This document shows positions 38,308 through 48,860 of a stretch of 64,000 nt of DNA, piece by piece. The notes beneath the pieces are model-generated. The model saw only the letters and a program-made list of their open reading frames with translations. It was not told where the DNA came from and made no database searches. The stretch lies in the IMG/VR virus record IMGVR_UViG_3300027917_004314; one strand, given 5' to 3'. A program made the translations under genes and the position numbers. Every line of letters starts with the position of its first letter. The stretch's first letter is position 1. This DNA comes from a virus (taxonomy: Duplodnaviria > Caudoviricetes).

Positions 38308-39719
38308 TTCCTGAACTCGATATAAGAATCTTAGGATATTTGTTTGCAAACAAATCGTTAACACTAAAAGTAATAAATTCTGTTTCAGTAGAATATTTAA
38401 AGCCCAAGTACCAGCCTTTCATGCATTTGATTAAAGCATGTACTAAATTATATAATGAAACACCTACTAAACGAATGCTGGAAAGTCAAGAAGCGTGGGA
38501 CAACAGTCTCGTAGAGTTTTACGAGCAGGCATTAGGTTTTAGAGACTCAGAAAATTTCGACCAGGCAGATTTTGCGCTGGACTATGAAGAACTGAAAACT
38601 CGATATAACAAGCAGACAATTCTTGTTATGGGTAAGGAAGTGTTCAAGTCAAATTGGGATGGCAGCGATTTTAAAGATTTAACTGAGGCAAACAGAGCGA
38701 TCAAAAAAGCTATAGGAACGATAGATAGTATACACACCAATGAAGTCTTCAAGGAAGGTTCTTTGTCAGGAACGGCAGCAGAAGCTAGGACACGATATCA
38801 GCAGATTAAAGACAATCCGGCACTAGCCAGAGGAATCCATGTCGGTATTAGGGAATTTGATAGAATTACAAATGGCCTGCAGCCTGGCGAATTGGTGTTA
38901 ATTGGCGGTGAATCCAGCGCAGGCAAATCGGCGCTCGCCATGAATATGGCTATAAACGCGTGGAAGGGTAGTAACCCGTTGCCGGACTCAGCAGATTTTA
39001 CGTTAGATAATTTTGCGACGGACGGCGTAAATGTAATGTATTTTACAATTGAGATGCCGTGGGATCCGTTAAGGCGTCGTGTAGATGCATGTGTGTCTGG
39101 TGTTAAATTGTATGGCATACGTGATGGTACATTGAGCACAGATGAAGAGTCTCGGTTTGAGGCCGGGCTGGAATTTCAGGAACGATATCCGAAAGAATTT
39201 CAAATTATTGATATTCCTCGAGGATGTACAGTTGGCCAGATAGAATCCAAGTACATAGAGTTGTTGTATGATTTCACGCCAGAACTCGTAGTTGTAGATT
39301 ATATCAGCTTGATGAAGGTTGAACATGATATGGCATCCGACTGGCTCAATATTGGAAAACTTGCTGAGATGTTGCATGAATTTTGCAGAACATACAACAT
39401 TCCATGTGTTACGCCTGTGCAGCTTAATAGACCTAAACAAGCTGGCGCAGCTGGAGATATCCAACCCCCCGACCAACATAGGGTGGGGAGAAGTATAATG
39501 TTACCGCAAAATTGCAACATTATGCTCAATATTACTTCTAGACCAGATGAAGATACGCGATCTGATATGCCTATTAATATTGCAAAGATGCGGGACGGCG
39601 AAAAAGGGGCTTTCACGTTGTGGAAAAGGTTCGATATTATGAGGGTTTATAATGATGCTCCTGAAGGATGGAGCCCAGAATCATATGATGCCAGTGCGGA
39701 GGACGACGATCATGTCTGA
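38304..39719 (+). CDS. dnaB: DnaB-like replicative helicase
   Basis: GLQPGELVLIGGESSAGKS, YFTIEM, VVVDYISL, PVQLNR, IAKMRDG. Confidence 0.93.
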   Translation: MIPELDIRILGYLFANKSLTLKVINSVSVEYLKPKYQPFMHLIKACTKLYNETPTKRMLESQEAWDNSLVEFYEQALGFRDSENFDQADFALDYEELKTRYNKQTILVMGKEVFKSNWDGSDFKDLTEANRAIKKAIGTIDSIHTNEVFKEGSLSGTAAEARTRYQQIKDNPALARGIHVGIREFDRITNGLQPGELVLIGGESSAGKSALAMNMAINAWKGSNPLPDSADFTLDNFATDGVNVMYFTIEMPWDPLRRRVDACVSGVKLYGIRDGTLSTDEESRFEAGLEFQERYPKEFQIIDIPRGCTVGQIESKYIELLYDFTPELVVVDYISLMKVEHDMASDWLNIGKLAEMLHEFCRTYNIPCVTPVQLNRPKQAGAAGDIQPPDQHRVGRSIMLPQNCNIMLNITSRPDEDTRSDMPINIAKMRDGEKGAFTLWKRFDIMRVYNDAPEGWSPESYDASAEDDDHV

Positions 39720-39981
39720 CATAGAAATAGCTAAACTTCTTAATGTTAAGGTAGATACCAAGACAGGGCGAGTTTTTTTAGAGATGGAGGTTACAGATCC
39801 AACTTGGAAGCAAAAAATCTTAAGAGAATGGCAAGATGTAGAGGTGAAGCTTGTTATTGAAGAGAAACTTTTTAGTGACGAATTGATAAAAGATTGTGAA
39901 GATCGTCTAGAAAAAGGTTTCGGTAAAGAAGATTTTAAAAATATGTTGAAAAGTATGAAAAATTGGTTTCCTAAAGGATAA
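39712..39981 (+). CDS. Hypothetical protein
   Basis: GGAGG before ATG 39712. Confidence 0.6.
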   Translation: MSDIEIAKLLNVKVDTKTGRVFLEMEVTDPTWKQKILREWQDVEVKLVIEEKLFSDELIKDCEDRLEKGFGKEDFKNMLKSMKNWFPKG

Positions 39982-39985
39982 TAAC

Positions 39986-40246
39986 ATGCCGTTTTATGAA
40001 TATAGATGTAAACAATGTAAACATGAATTCGAAGAATTTCAAAAAATGTCGGACGATCCGCTGACCGAATGTCCTGAGTGTAAAGGGATTGTGGTCAGGC
40101 TAATTTCTATCGGGATGTGTGACGTGAAATATGACGCACGGGAGCTGTATGAGAAGGTAATAAGGCCTGAAGCAAAAGAAATTGCCGACAAGATCAGGAA
40201 CGGCGATGAAGATGCGGCGGCAGATATTTTTGGAGAGCCAAAATAG
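39986..40246 (+). CDS. FmdB-family zinc ribbon protein
   Basis: MPFYEYRCKQCKHEFE...CPECKG..VRLIS. Confidence 0.85.
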   Translation: MPFYEYRCKQCKHEFEEFQKMSDDPLTECPECKGIVVRLISIGMCDVKYDARELYEKVIRPEAKEIADKIRNGDEDAAADIFGEPK

Positions 40247-40250
40247 TTGG

Positions 40251-40279
40251 TTGATTTTACATGCGCTCATACGTATTAT
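40251..40279 (+). promoter_or_regulatory. Sigma70-type promoter upstream of prkA
   Basis: TTGATT-N17-TATTAT in the intergenic gap. Confidence 0.6.
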
Positions 40280-40335
40280 ATTATATGTGTTTAATTTTAC
40301 CCTTGTGTATGGGGTTTTAGAACGAAGGAGATAAA

Positions 40336-42315
40336 ATGAAGGTTAAAAATTCTAATGGAAGGAAAGGAGAACGGGAAATGAGCGAAATCACAGACATTTT
40401 TTCTGCCCTTGCGAAATGTAATGTTAAAGAGGATACCACTCCGTGGTCTGGGACTTTGAAAGATTATCTCCCTATGGTTATTGATGACCCAAATCTCAAC
40501 GAGACTGCGCATGCTAGAATATGTAGAATGATTGAAAGTAAAGGGGTAGAGTTTGAAGACGAAGAGAAAAAAGAACACCCGCGCTATAAATTCTTCACTG
40601 ACGATTTGTTTGGTATTAATCATGTAATAGAAAAAACTATGAAGTTTTTTAGAGGTGCGGCAGCAGGATCTGAAGTTAGAAAGAGGATATTGTTACTTTG
40701 GGGGCCAACCAGCTCTGGTAAAAGCGAATTTGTAATTCTATTAAAGAAGGGCTTAGAGGAGTTTTCAAAAACCAAAGAAGGAAGAGTTTTTGCAATAGAT
40801 GGTTGTCCCATGTTTGAAAATCCGTTGAATGCTATACCAATTCCGCAGAGGAAACTGCTGAAAGAAAAATATGACCTTGTAATTGAGGGAGAGTTGTGTC
40901 CGCGTTGTGCTTATAAATTAGCACACGATCCGAAATTTTCTGGTAAGTGGGAAAATATTCCTGTTAAAAGAATATTTCTTTCTGAAATGAATAGAACAGG
41001 CATTGGTACTTTTCAACCGGGGGATAGAAAAAGCCAATCGCAGTCAGAACTTGTTGGCTCTGTGAATTTTGCGCAATTGGAAGAATATGGTGTGGAATCA
41101 CATCCACTCGCTTATAATTTTGACGGAGAATTAAATGTTGCAAACAGAGGCTTAATGGAATTTATTGAGCTATTAAAAGTAGATCCCAAATTCCGACACA
41201 TACTTTTAACCCTTACACAGGAGAAGAGAATCAAAGTAGAACGTTTTCCTCTTATTTTTGCTGATTTGTTTCCAATTGCACACAGTAATGAAACCGAATT
41301 TGTAAAATTCAAAGCCGATAAAGCCGAGGAAGCCTTACATGATCGAACCAGTTTAATGAAATTCCCCTACAATCTAATCCTCAACGAAGAAGTAAGAATC
41401 TATGAGAAACTTATTTGTCATACGCCGGGCTTTAAAAATATTCATATTGCTCCACATACATTAAAAATTGCCTCGATGTTTGCTATTTTGTCCCGACTTA
41501 CGGAACCAAAAGATAAAAGTATTACACTGCTGCAAAAAATGCAACTTTATAATGGGGAAGAAGTAGACGGGTTTAGCAAAGAAAATATAAAGGATCTACA
41601 AAAAGAATCAGAGCGGGAGGGGCTAGATGGTATTTCTCCAAGATATATCGTTAATTGCCTATCTGACTGCTTCGCTAAGCCTGGAGTTACATATGTTACC
41701 CCCATAAGTGCTTTGCGTAGTATAAAAGAGAACCTTCCAACTAATGCGAAACTAGAAAATGATGAAGTGTCTAGACTTGAGAATTTAATTTCAGATTGCA
41801 TCGTTGAATATAATAAAATTGCAACCAACGAGGTACAAAAAGCGTTTTTCGTGAATTTTGAGCGCGAAATTAAAAACTTATTAGAGAACTATTTGGATAA
41901 TGTTGGTGCCTACTTAGATGACCACAAGACGAAGAACGAGTGGGGTGATATGGTGGATCCAGATGAAAACCTGATGAGAAGTGTTGAAGAAAAGGTAGAA
42001 ATTACTAACCCTGGTAAAGACTCATTCCGTGAAGAGGTTTATCGTAAAATGTTGGAATCTAAGAATAAAACTGGTGAATATGGTTATCAAAATCATCCAA
42101 AACTAAGGGAAGCGCTGGAAAAACAATTGTTTGACGAACGTGCAGATGTAATACGTCTTACAGTATCTTCGAGAAATCCAGACCCTGAAGCTTTAAGAAA
42201 GCTTAATGAAGTGATCGATGCGCTGGTTGTACATTATGGATATAATGCGGACAGTGCTAATGAGTTATTACGATATGTAAATAATATTATGTCCAAGACC
42301 GCTAACAAGGGGTAA
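40336..42315 (+). CDS. prkA: PrkA/YeaG-family AAA+ protein
   Basis: WGPTSSGKS, FDGELNVANRGLMEFIELLK, HSNETE, HIAPHT, GISPRY, YGYNADSANELL. Confidence 0.92.
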   Translation: MKVKNSNGRKGEREMSEITDIFSALAKCNVKEDTTPWSGTLKDYLPMVIDDPNLNETAHARICRMIESKGVEFEDEEKKEHPRYKFFTDDLFGINHVIEKTMKFFRGAAAGSEVRKRILLLWGPTSSGKSEFVILLKKGLEEFSKTKEGRVFAIDGCPMFENPLNAIPIPQRKLLKEKYDLVIEGELCPRCAYKLAHDPKFSGKWENIPVKRIFLSEMNRTGIGTFQPGDRKSQSQSELVGSVNFAQLEEYGVESHPLAYNFDGELNVANRGLMEFIELLKVDPKFRHILLTLTQEKRIKVERFPLIFADLFPIAHSNETEFVKFKADKAEEALHDRTSLMKFPYNLILNEEVRIYEKLICHTPGFKNIHIAPHTLKIASMFAILSRLTEPKDKSITLLQKMQLYNGEEVDGFSKENIKDLQKESEREGLDGISPRYIVNCLSDCFAKPGVTYVTPISALRSIKENLPTNAKLENDEVSRLENLISDCIVEYNKIATNEVQKAFFVNFEREIKNLLENYLDNVGAYLDDHKTKNEWGDMVDPDENLMRSVEEKVEITNPGKDSFREEVYRKMLESKNKTGEYGYQNHPKLREALEKQLFDERADVIRLTVSSRNPDPEALRKLNEVIDALVVHYGYNADSANELLRYVNNIMSKTANKG

Positions 42316-42317
42316 TA

Positions 42318-43499
42318 ATGAGTGATGATTTTAAAGATATTTGGAGTTTGCGCAAACCTGGCGCTAAAGATTCAAAGCGTCATAAAGAGCGCATACGGGA
42401 AGCTATAAAAGAAAATCTTCACGATCTCATCTCTGAGGAAAATATTATTTCGTCAAGCGGTGGAAAGAAAGTCAAGGTACCAATAAAATACCTCGACATG
42501 TGGCGGTTTAAATTCGGGAAAAATAACAAGCATAAGGGTGTTGGACATGGTAAGGGCGCACCAGGCGATGTTATTTATAAAGAGGACCCAATGAGTGGGC
42601 AAGGAAAAGCTGGTGATAAGGCCGGTGAAGAGGTATACGAAGAAGAAGTAGAAATCGAAGAAATCATAGAGATGATGCTCGAAAACCTAGATTTGCCATG
42701 GATGGAAGAAAAGGAAAACGTTAGGGAAATAGAAACTGAAGAAACAGTATTCCAAGATATAGCTGAAAGGGGGTTGCCAGCAAACATAGATAAGAGAAGA
42801 ACAATTTTGCGCAATCTTAAACGAAATGCACTTAAGGGCAAAATGCGAATTGGTGGTTTTGCCCTAGACGATCTGCGCTACAGGGTGTGGGAGCAAGTCA
42901 TAGAAAAACATTCAAATGCCGCTGTGTTTTTATTGATGGATAGATCTGGGAGTATGACATCCGAAAAAAAATATATAGTAAAATCTTTTTTCTGGTGGAT
43001 GGTGAAATTTCTAGAGAGAAAATATGAAAACGTTGAGTTGATTTTCATTGCACATGATACAGAGGCGCATGAGGTCGAAGAAGAGAACTTTTTTAAAATT
43101 TCACACGGCGGTGGCACAATGGTCAGCTCCGCGTTTAAACTGGCTCAGACCATTATTGAAGACAGATATTCTCATAAAACCTGGAACAATTATGTGTTTG
43201 CATTTTCTGATGGCGACAATTGGCCCGAAGATAATGTAAGATGTGTTCAGTCCATAAAGGACATTTTACCGTTTTGTCAGGCCGTCGGCTATGGAGAGGT
43301 TGATATAAACGACAGTTTTTACAAATGGGGCAGTTCTACCAGTTCTTCAATGTGGTCTAATTTGGCGCAAATTTTTGAAAAAGATACAGAATTATCTGAA
43401 AATGAAAGGTTTATAGTGGCAACAATAGAGAAGCGAGAAGATATCTACGCCGGCCTTAGAAAGTTTTTGAAAGGAGTCGATAAACAAAATGAAAGATAG
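42318..43499 (+). CDS. yeaH: YeaH/YhbH (DUF444) vWA protein
   Basis: RHKERIREAIK, MDRSGSM MIDAS, FIAHDTEA, GGGT.VSSA, FSDGDNW. Confidence 0.92.
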   Translation: MSDDFKDIWSLRKPGAKDSKRHKERIREAIKENLHDLISEENIISSSGGKKVKVPIKYLDMWRFKFGKNNKHKGVGHGKGAPGDVIYKEDPMSGQGKAGDKAGEEVYEEEVEIEEIIEMMLENLDLPWMEEKENVREIETEETVFQDIAERGLPANIDKRRTILRNLKRNALKGKMRIGGFALDDLRYRVWEQVIEKHSNAAVFLLMDRSGSMTSEKKYIVKSFFWWMVKFLERKYENVELIFIAHDTEAHEVEEENFFKISHGGGTMVSSAFKLAQTIIEDRYSHKTWNNYVFAFSDGDNWPEDNVRCVQSIKDILPFCQAVGYGEVDINDSFYKWGSSTSSSMWSNLAQIFEKDTELSENERFIVATIEKREDIYAGLRKFLKGVDKQNER

Positions 43500-44919
43500 A
43501 ATGGAAGAAATTTTACGGCTTGCAAAAAATCTCGGGCTAGATCCTTATCCAATTGTATATGAAACTGTAGAAAGAACTACAATGTTCAACGTATGTGCAT
43601 ACGGTCTTCCGACTAGGGCTAGACATTGGAGCTATGGACGATCTTATGATCATCAAAAAACACACGGCGAAATGGGGCTATCAAAAGTCTATGAAATTAT
43701 TTTGAATAATGACCCCTCATACGCATTCCTGTTAGATACCAACAGTGAGGTCCAGAATCTTTTTATTGCTGCGCATTGCATCGGTCACTCGGATTTTTTT
43801 AAAAATAACTGTATGTTTGCAGGTTCTAATCGAAATATGATACGACATGCCGCACAACATGCTGGAAGAATTGAAGAATATATAGAACGATTTGGTTTCG
43901 AAAAGGTTGAGCACATTATGGATATAGGTTTTGCACTTGATAACAATATCGACTGGAACAAGGGGTTGCACAGAAAGCCATATGGACAAAAGCATGTCGT
44001 GACCAAATACCGCAAGCGCGGAGAGTTTGATGATTTATTATATAGAGAGCAAAAGCCGACTGTAATTAGGAAGACGGTAAATGACAAGTTCCCGCCGCGT
44101 CCCGAACAAGATTTGCTATGGTTTTTAGTTAACTACGCTCCGCTTGATGATTGGGAGCGCGACGTTCTAGATATTATCAGAGAAGAATCGTTTTATTTTT
44201 ATCCACAAAAAATGACTAAAATTATGAACGAAGGTTGGGCTAGTTATTGGCACGCGGAGTTAATGTTCAGATACGAAGGTCTTACTCCCGAAGAGCATAT
44301 GGATTTTGTGCGCGACCATGAAAAAGTTGTTCAGCCTGGCATGAACCCGTTTAGAATAAATCCGTATTTTCTTGGATACAGAATTTTTAAGGATATAGAA
44401 AAGAGATGGGATGCAAAACATGGGAAAGGAGCTGGCCGCGAAAAAATGTTTCAGGTTAGGTGTGAGGATGATGACATTTCGTTTCTGAGAAACTATCTTA
44501 CTACAGAACTGGTCGAAGAATTAGAGCTATTCACGTATGGATATATGAAAGATTATCCCAAGGACCACGGCGGTTCAAAATATATCATAATTAAGGAAAG
44601 GCTCAGGGATGAAATCGTTGAAAGCATGATTAAACCGCTGTATAATGGCGGAGCCCCCAAAATTTCAATAACAGGGGTTGGTCAAGAGGGCGAGCTAATT
44701 TTAAAACACGAGAGTGAAGAAATATGTACATTGGATTTTCGCTTTGCTGAAAAAACTATTGAGTATTTGTGGGATTTGTGGGCCGCTCCCATCGAACTGC
44801 ATGTAAAAGACGATCCTGGTGATGACGTCGTGTTGTGTTTTGATGAAGCGGGTTTCTACCAAAAAGAGCGGATAGATGAGCTTAATTTTGGTGAAGAAGA
44901 CATAGAGTTGGAGATATAA
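43489..44919 (+). CDS. spoVR: SpoVR/YcgB-family protein
   Basis: GLPTRARHWSYG, YEIILNNDP, AHCIGHSDFFKNN, TKIMNEGWASYWH, NPYFLG. Confidence 0.93.
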   Translation: MKDRMEEILRLAKNLGLDPYPIVYETVERTTMFNVCAYGLPTRARHWSYGRSYDHQKTHGEMGLSKVYEIILNNDPSYAFLLDTNSEVQNLFIAAHCIGHSDFFKNNCMFAGSNRNMIRHAAQHAGRIEEYIERFGFEKVEHIMDIGFALDNNIDWNKGLHRKPYGQKHVVTKYRKRGEFDDLLYREQKPTVIRKTVNDKFPPRPEQDLLWFLVNYAPLDDWERDVLDIIREESFYFYPQKMTKIMNEGWASYWHAELMFRYEGLTPEEHMDFVRDHEKVVQPGMNPFRINPYFLGYRIFKDIEKRWDAKHGKGAGREKMFQVRCEDDDISFLRNYLTTELVEELELFTYGYMKDYPKDHGGSKYIIIKERLRDEIVESMIKPLYNGGAPKISITGVGQEGELILKHESEEICTLDFRFAEKTIEYLWDLWAAPIELHVKDDPGDDVVLCFDEAGFYQKERIDELNFGEEDIELEI

Positions 44920-44931
44920 GGGGATATAATT

Positions 44932-45495
44932 ATGGTAAAAATAGCAATTACCGGACACAGGCCTGACGCGTTCTTGGTGTCACACTATGCACCAGAAACA
45001 GTAATGCGAATCGCAGATGATCTGGTTGTGCAATTACAAAGAGAATACAAACATGAGCTATGTCTTAATCTCGGCGGCGCAATTGGTGTTGATCAATGGG
45101 TGGGGACAGCTTGTATGGCGCACGAAGTTAAATTTCATTTATACCTCCCGTTTCACCCAAGCGTTCAGGCAAAATATTGGTCCGATGAACAGAAAGCAGA
45201 GTTGGACAAACAAATGCAATATGCCGCCGGTATAAATATCGTAGAACCAAACCCGGAAGCTCCATATAATGTAGCATTATATCAAGAGAGAAATAGGAAA
45301 ATGGTCGACGATGCCAATTTTACGATTGCTTTTTGGGTGGGCAAAAAGAGAGGCGGCACAGTAAATGCTATTAAATATTCTTTAAAACAATCGAAATTTG
45401 TGTTAAATGCTATGGATGGCCTACGTCCACTTTTCAAAGAGGATATTAAAAATGGTTGGACGCCCCCTACAACAAAGGGTTTTAAAGATGAGTAA
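44932..45495 (+). CDS. SLOG-superfamily protein (YspA/DUF1273-like)
   Basis: IAITGHRP, GGAIGVDQW, YQERNRKMVDDA, GGTVNAIKY. Confidence 0.8.
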   Translation: MVKIAITGHRPDAFLVSHYAPETVMRIADDLVVQLQREYKHELCLNLGGAIGVDQWVGTACMAHEVKFHLYLPFHPSVQAKYWSDEQKAELDKQMQYAAGINIVEPNPEAPYNVALYQERNRKMVDDANFTIAFWVGKKRGGTVNAIKYSLKQSKFVLNAMDGLRPLFKEDIKNGWTPPTTKGFKDE

Positions 45496-46123
45496 AAAAG
45501 ACAATTCAAAATGGAACAAGTATTACGTCAACAATCACGAAGCTCTGGCGTTGGTAAAAATTTGGAAAACAAGCTCCGCTAAGAATAGAGCAGCTGTAGA
45601 GAGACATATAGTTCGAAGATTGTCATATTTAGTGTGTGCTAGAATTCGTCATTATAGAAGTCAGTCTTATTACGAAGATTTGTTGCAGGAAGGGAAAGCG
45701 GGGTTGATAGAATCGATAAGAAGATTTGATTCAAGTCGTGGCATTAATTTTTTTAAATTTGGTAATTGGTATATCAAAAATAAAGTAAATAGGTATCTTA
45801 AATCATGCAGAAAATATAATAGGTTCGAGGTACTTAGCGGTGAGATAAGTTGTATTCCAGAAGGTCGTCGTATCAACCCAGACGCATGGTACGAAATGGA
45901 AGAGGGTAAGAGGATTTTAAGGTCTGCGCTCAATTCTTTGCCGGATATTGACAGGCAAATAGTATCAATGCGGTTTGGCATGGACGGCAATGGTAGCCGT
46001 ACTTATCAGCAGATAGGGGATGTGTTTTCTGTATCGCGTCAATATGCAGAACAGGTCACTTCGCGGGCCATTGCATCTCTTAGAAAAAACAATCAGGTTA
46101 AAAATTTCTTTTGTGAATTATAA
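45488..46123 (+). CDS. Sigma70-family alternative sigma factor (regions 2 and 4)
   Basis: EDLLQEGKAGLIESIRRFDSSRG..F..FGNWYIK; RTYQQIGDVFSVSRQYAEQVTSRAIASLR. Confidence 0.88.
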   Translation: MSKKDNSKWNKYYVNNHEALALVKIWKTSSAKNRAAVERHIVRRLSYLVCARIRHYRSQSYYEDLLQEGKAGLIESIRRFDSSRGINFFKFGNWYIKNKVNRYLKSCRKYNRFEVLSGEISCIPEGRRINPDAWYEMEEGKRILRSALNSLPDIDRQIVSMRFGMDGNGSRTYQQIGDVFSVSRQYAEQVTSRAIASLRKNNQVKNFFCEL

Positions 46124-46136
46124 ATACGGTGGTGAA

Positions 46137-48512
46137 ATGGAGCTTATTTATCTGACCGACGATATAGATGCGGTAGTGGAACGAATTCTTTCGGACAATG
46201 AACTTGATAATTGTGGACTTGGTAAAAGAAAAGTAACAAGATGTTTAAAATCTTTCAGTGGTGATGAAATTGCATGTTCCGTCTTTTTTAAAAAATATGC
46301 TTTAAGAGACGAAAATAATATTATACTGGAGTCTACACTTGAGGAGGCTAAGGAAAGGTGGGCAAAAACTGTGTCCGAGGCGGAGAACTTATTTAAAAGA
46401 AAAAAGGGGCGCTTTCTGAAACCAAGTCCATATGAGTATTTTAGAGAGTTGTACGAATATTTTTTGCCAGCTGGAAGGCAGATGTTTGCGTTGGGCAACA
46501 CTTATGTGACCAAAGCCACTTATACAAACTGTTATGTTACAAAAATCGAGGAAGACAGCATAGAAGGCATATTTAATGCTGCTAAAAAAATTGCTCGCAC
46601 ATATTCGTACGGCGGAGGTATTGGTTTGTGTATAGGAGAGCTAAGACCTGCTCAATCTAAAGTTTCCAATAGTGCTAAATTTTCCACTGGAGCTGTCAGT
46701 TTTATGGAATTATACTCCAGAACTACGGGGCTGATAGGACAACTTTCTCGTCGAGGGGCTTTGATGATTACTTTGCCAGTGAGTCATCCAGATATAGAAG
46801 AATTTATAGAAATTAAACATAATAATATTGACAAAGTAAAACATGCAAACCTTAGTGTTAAGATGACCGATGACTTTATGCACGCCGTGATGGATAATAA
46901 AGATTTTACATTAAAATTTGTTACTCAACACGAAACGCTGGAAAAAACTATTAAAGCTCGTGAACTTTGGAACAAAATTGTAAAATCAGCTCGCGACTCC
47001 GCAGAACCTGGCATTCTGTTTTGGGACAGGGCCGTAGAAACATCTCCGTCAGAAGTTTACCCAAGTCTGCGAATTCACTCAACAAATCCATGTGGAGAAG
47101 AAATTTTGGAGCCCGGCGGCGCTTGTATGTTGTCTTCTTTATTATTACACAAATTTGTTAAAAAGCCATTTACAAATGAAGCTCAATTTGATTACGAATT
47201 ATTTAGCGAAATGGTTAAAAGAGGAGTTCGTCATTTAGATAATATTGTTGAGCTAAATATGGATAGACATGGCTTAGAAGAACAAAAAAAGGCTTCTCAA
47301 CTTGGTCGCAGAATAGGTTTGGGTGTTACTGGTTTGGGCGACATGTATATAGCCCTGGGGGTCAAGTATGATTCCGCAGAGGCATTAAAGTTGGCCGAGC
47401 AAATTATGGATACAAAAAGACGTGCAGAATATGGTGCTTCTATAGACTTATCAATAGAACGAGGGCCATTTCCACTCTTTGACCCGAATAAACATTTTAC
47501 TAGGGGGTTTGCTGCCACTTTGCCAGAAGAGCTTATAAAGATGGCTAAACTTCATGGTTTAAGGAACGTAGCTATATCCACAGTGGCTCCAAACGGATCG
47601 TTGTCAATTATAGCCCAATGTTCAAGTGGAATAGAACCAATATTTGCATTGAAATATCGTAGATTTGTTGAGATGGGCCAAAAAGAAAAGAAAAGGTTTA
47701 TAATTCTACATCAAGGATTGGCCAGGTTTCTTGAAGTACATCCAAGTAATAGTAACGGTGACAGTTGGTCAACTGATTTATCAGATTTACCAAATTATTG
47801 GGTTGTTGCACATGAGATAGATTACAAAAATAGAGTTAAGTTGCAGGGAATTATACAAAAATATACAGATGCAGGTATAAGTAGTACAATTAACTTACCT
47901 AGAGACATTGATGCTGAGACTGTGGGACAAATATATATAGATGCTTGGAAAGAAGGCTTAAAAGGTATCACGGTATATAGAGAGGGTTCTCGTGAGGGCA
48001 TTCTTTTAACGGATGAGTTTGCTAAGCTGGCTGGGTCACCTACCATGGATACAGCTATATATTGCGTACGTGCTGAGGGCGGCGACAAATTTTATATAAT
48101 GATCTCTTACAAAAACAAAGATATTAAAAATCCGTATCAGGTTTTTGTGTTAAATTATAAAAGGTCCGAGCACGATTCTTTTATAAAAATAAGCAACAGT
48201 CTGATAAAAATGCTTTTGGAAAGTGGCGTCCCGCAAAAAAGGGTGGATAAGTATATAACAAGGAGCACAAATTCGTTGGCCAAACTCACTAGATTTATAT
48301 CACTTTCAATGAAAACGGAGAATTTAGAAAAAGCTGTAGATATTCTCGAAGACCATGCATTTGTCGGCACTTTGGCTTACCAACTGCATGACATATTAAG
48401 TAAAAGTGTGGCAGTAAAGTCAGTTGTATGCAGAAATTGCGGCGGCTCTAACATGAGGATGGAGGAAGGATGTATGCGGTGTCTTGATTGTGATTGGGCC
48501 GGGTGCACATGA
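46137..48512 (+). CDS. nrdJ: Class II (adenosylcobalamin-dependent) ribonucleotide reductase
   Basis: PAGR, GGGIG, RRGALM, TNPCGE, RRIGLGVTG, VAPNGSLS, SGIEP, ISSTINLP, GLKGITVYREGSR, C-terminal Zn ribbon. Confidence 0.93.
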   Translation: MELIYLTDDIDAVVERILSDNELDNCGLGKRKVTRCLKSFSGDEIACSVFFKKYALRDENNIILESTLEEAKERWAKTVSEAENLFKRKKGRFLKPSPYEYFRELYEYFLPAGRQMFALGNTYVTKATYTNCYVTKIEEDSIEGIFNAAKKIARTYSYGGGIGLCIGELRPAQSKVSNSAKFSTGAVSFMELYSRTTGLIGQLSRRGALMITLPVSHPDIEEFIEIKHNNIDKVKHANLSVKMTDDFMHAVMDNKDFTLKFVTQHETLEKTIKARELWNKIVKSARDSAEPGILFWDRAVETSPSEVYPSLRIHSTNPCGEEILEPGGACMLSSLLLHKFVKKPFTNEAQFDYELFSEMVKRGVRHLDNIVELNMDRHGLEEQKKASQLGRRIGLGVTGLGDMYIALGVKYDSAEALKLAEQIMDTKRRAEYGASIDLSIERGPFPLFDPNKHFTRGFAATLPEELIKMAKLHGLRNVAISTVAPNGSLSIIAQCSSGIEPIFALKYRRFVEMGQKEKKRFIILHQGLARFLEVHPSNSNGDSWSTDLSDLPNYWVVAHEIDYKNRVKLQGIIQKYTDAGISSTINLPRDIDAETVGQIYIDAWKEGLKGITVYREGSREGILLTDEFAKLAGSPTMDTAIYCVRAEGGDKFYIMISYKNKDIKNPYQVFVLNYKRSEHDSFIKISNSLIKMLLESGVPQKRVDKYITRSTNSLAKLTRFISLSMKTENLEKAVDILEDHAFVGTLAYQLHDILSKSVAVKSVVCRNCGGSNMRMEEGCMRCLDCDWAGCT

Positions 48513-48859
48513 GCGAAACTATCATTTTAGCTGATCGAGGAGATCAGAATAGAGTTATCGCAGAAGAAAAGCGAGAATGGCTGGTCAATGTTTTGTTGGC
48601 GCTCGGAGTCAGGGAAGAGGCATTAGAGCTTGGGTCACACGAGCTTGTAAAATATCTTTCTATGGCAGGTATAGAGGTGTGGAGTAATTGTGACGGGTCA
48701 TTGGACATATATAGGTTCGATGGAGAAGACAACAAGAAAATTGTCGCCCAATGGAAAGTGCCAGATTTGATATTGATTAAAGATACACCACGAAAATGGT
48801 ACTATGAAATACATCTAAACGAATGGGCCCTGCCGTTTCAGATGAAAAATAGGAGATAG
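48509..48859 (+). CDS. Hypothetical protein
   Basis: ATGA overlap with nrdJ. Confidence 0.65.
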   Translation: MSETIILADRGDQNRVIAEEKREWLVNVLLALGVREEALELGSHELVKYLSMAGIEVWSNCDGSLDIYRFDGEDNKKIVAQWKVPDLILIKDTPRKWYYEIHLNEWALPFQMKNRR

Positions 48860-48860
48860 C

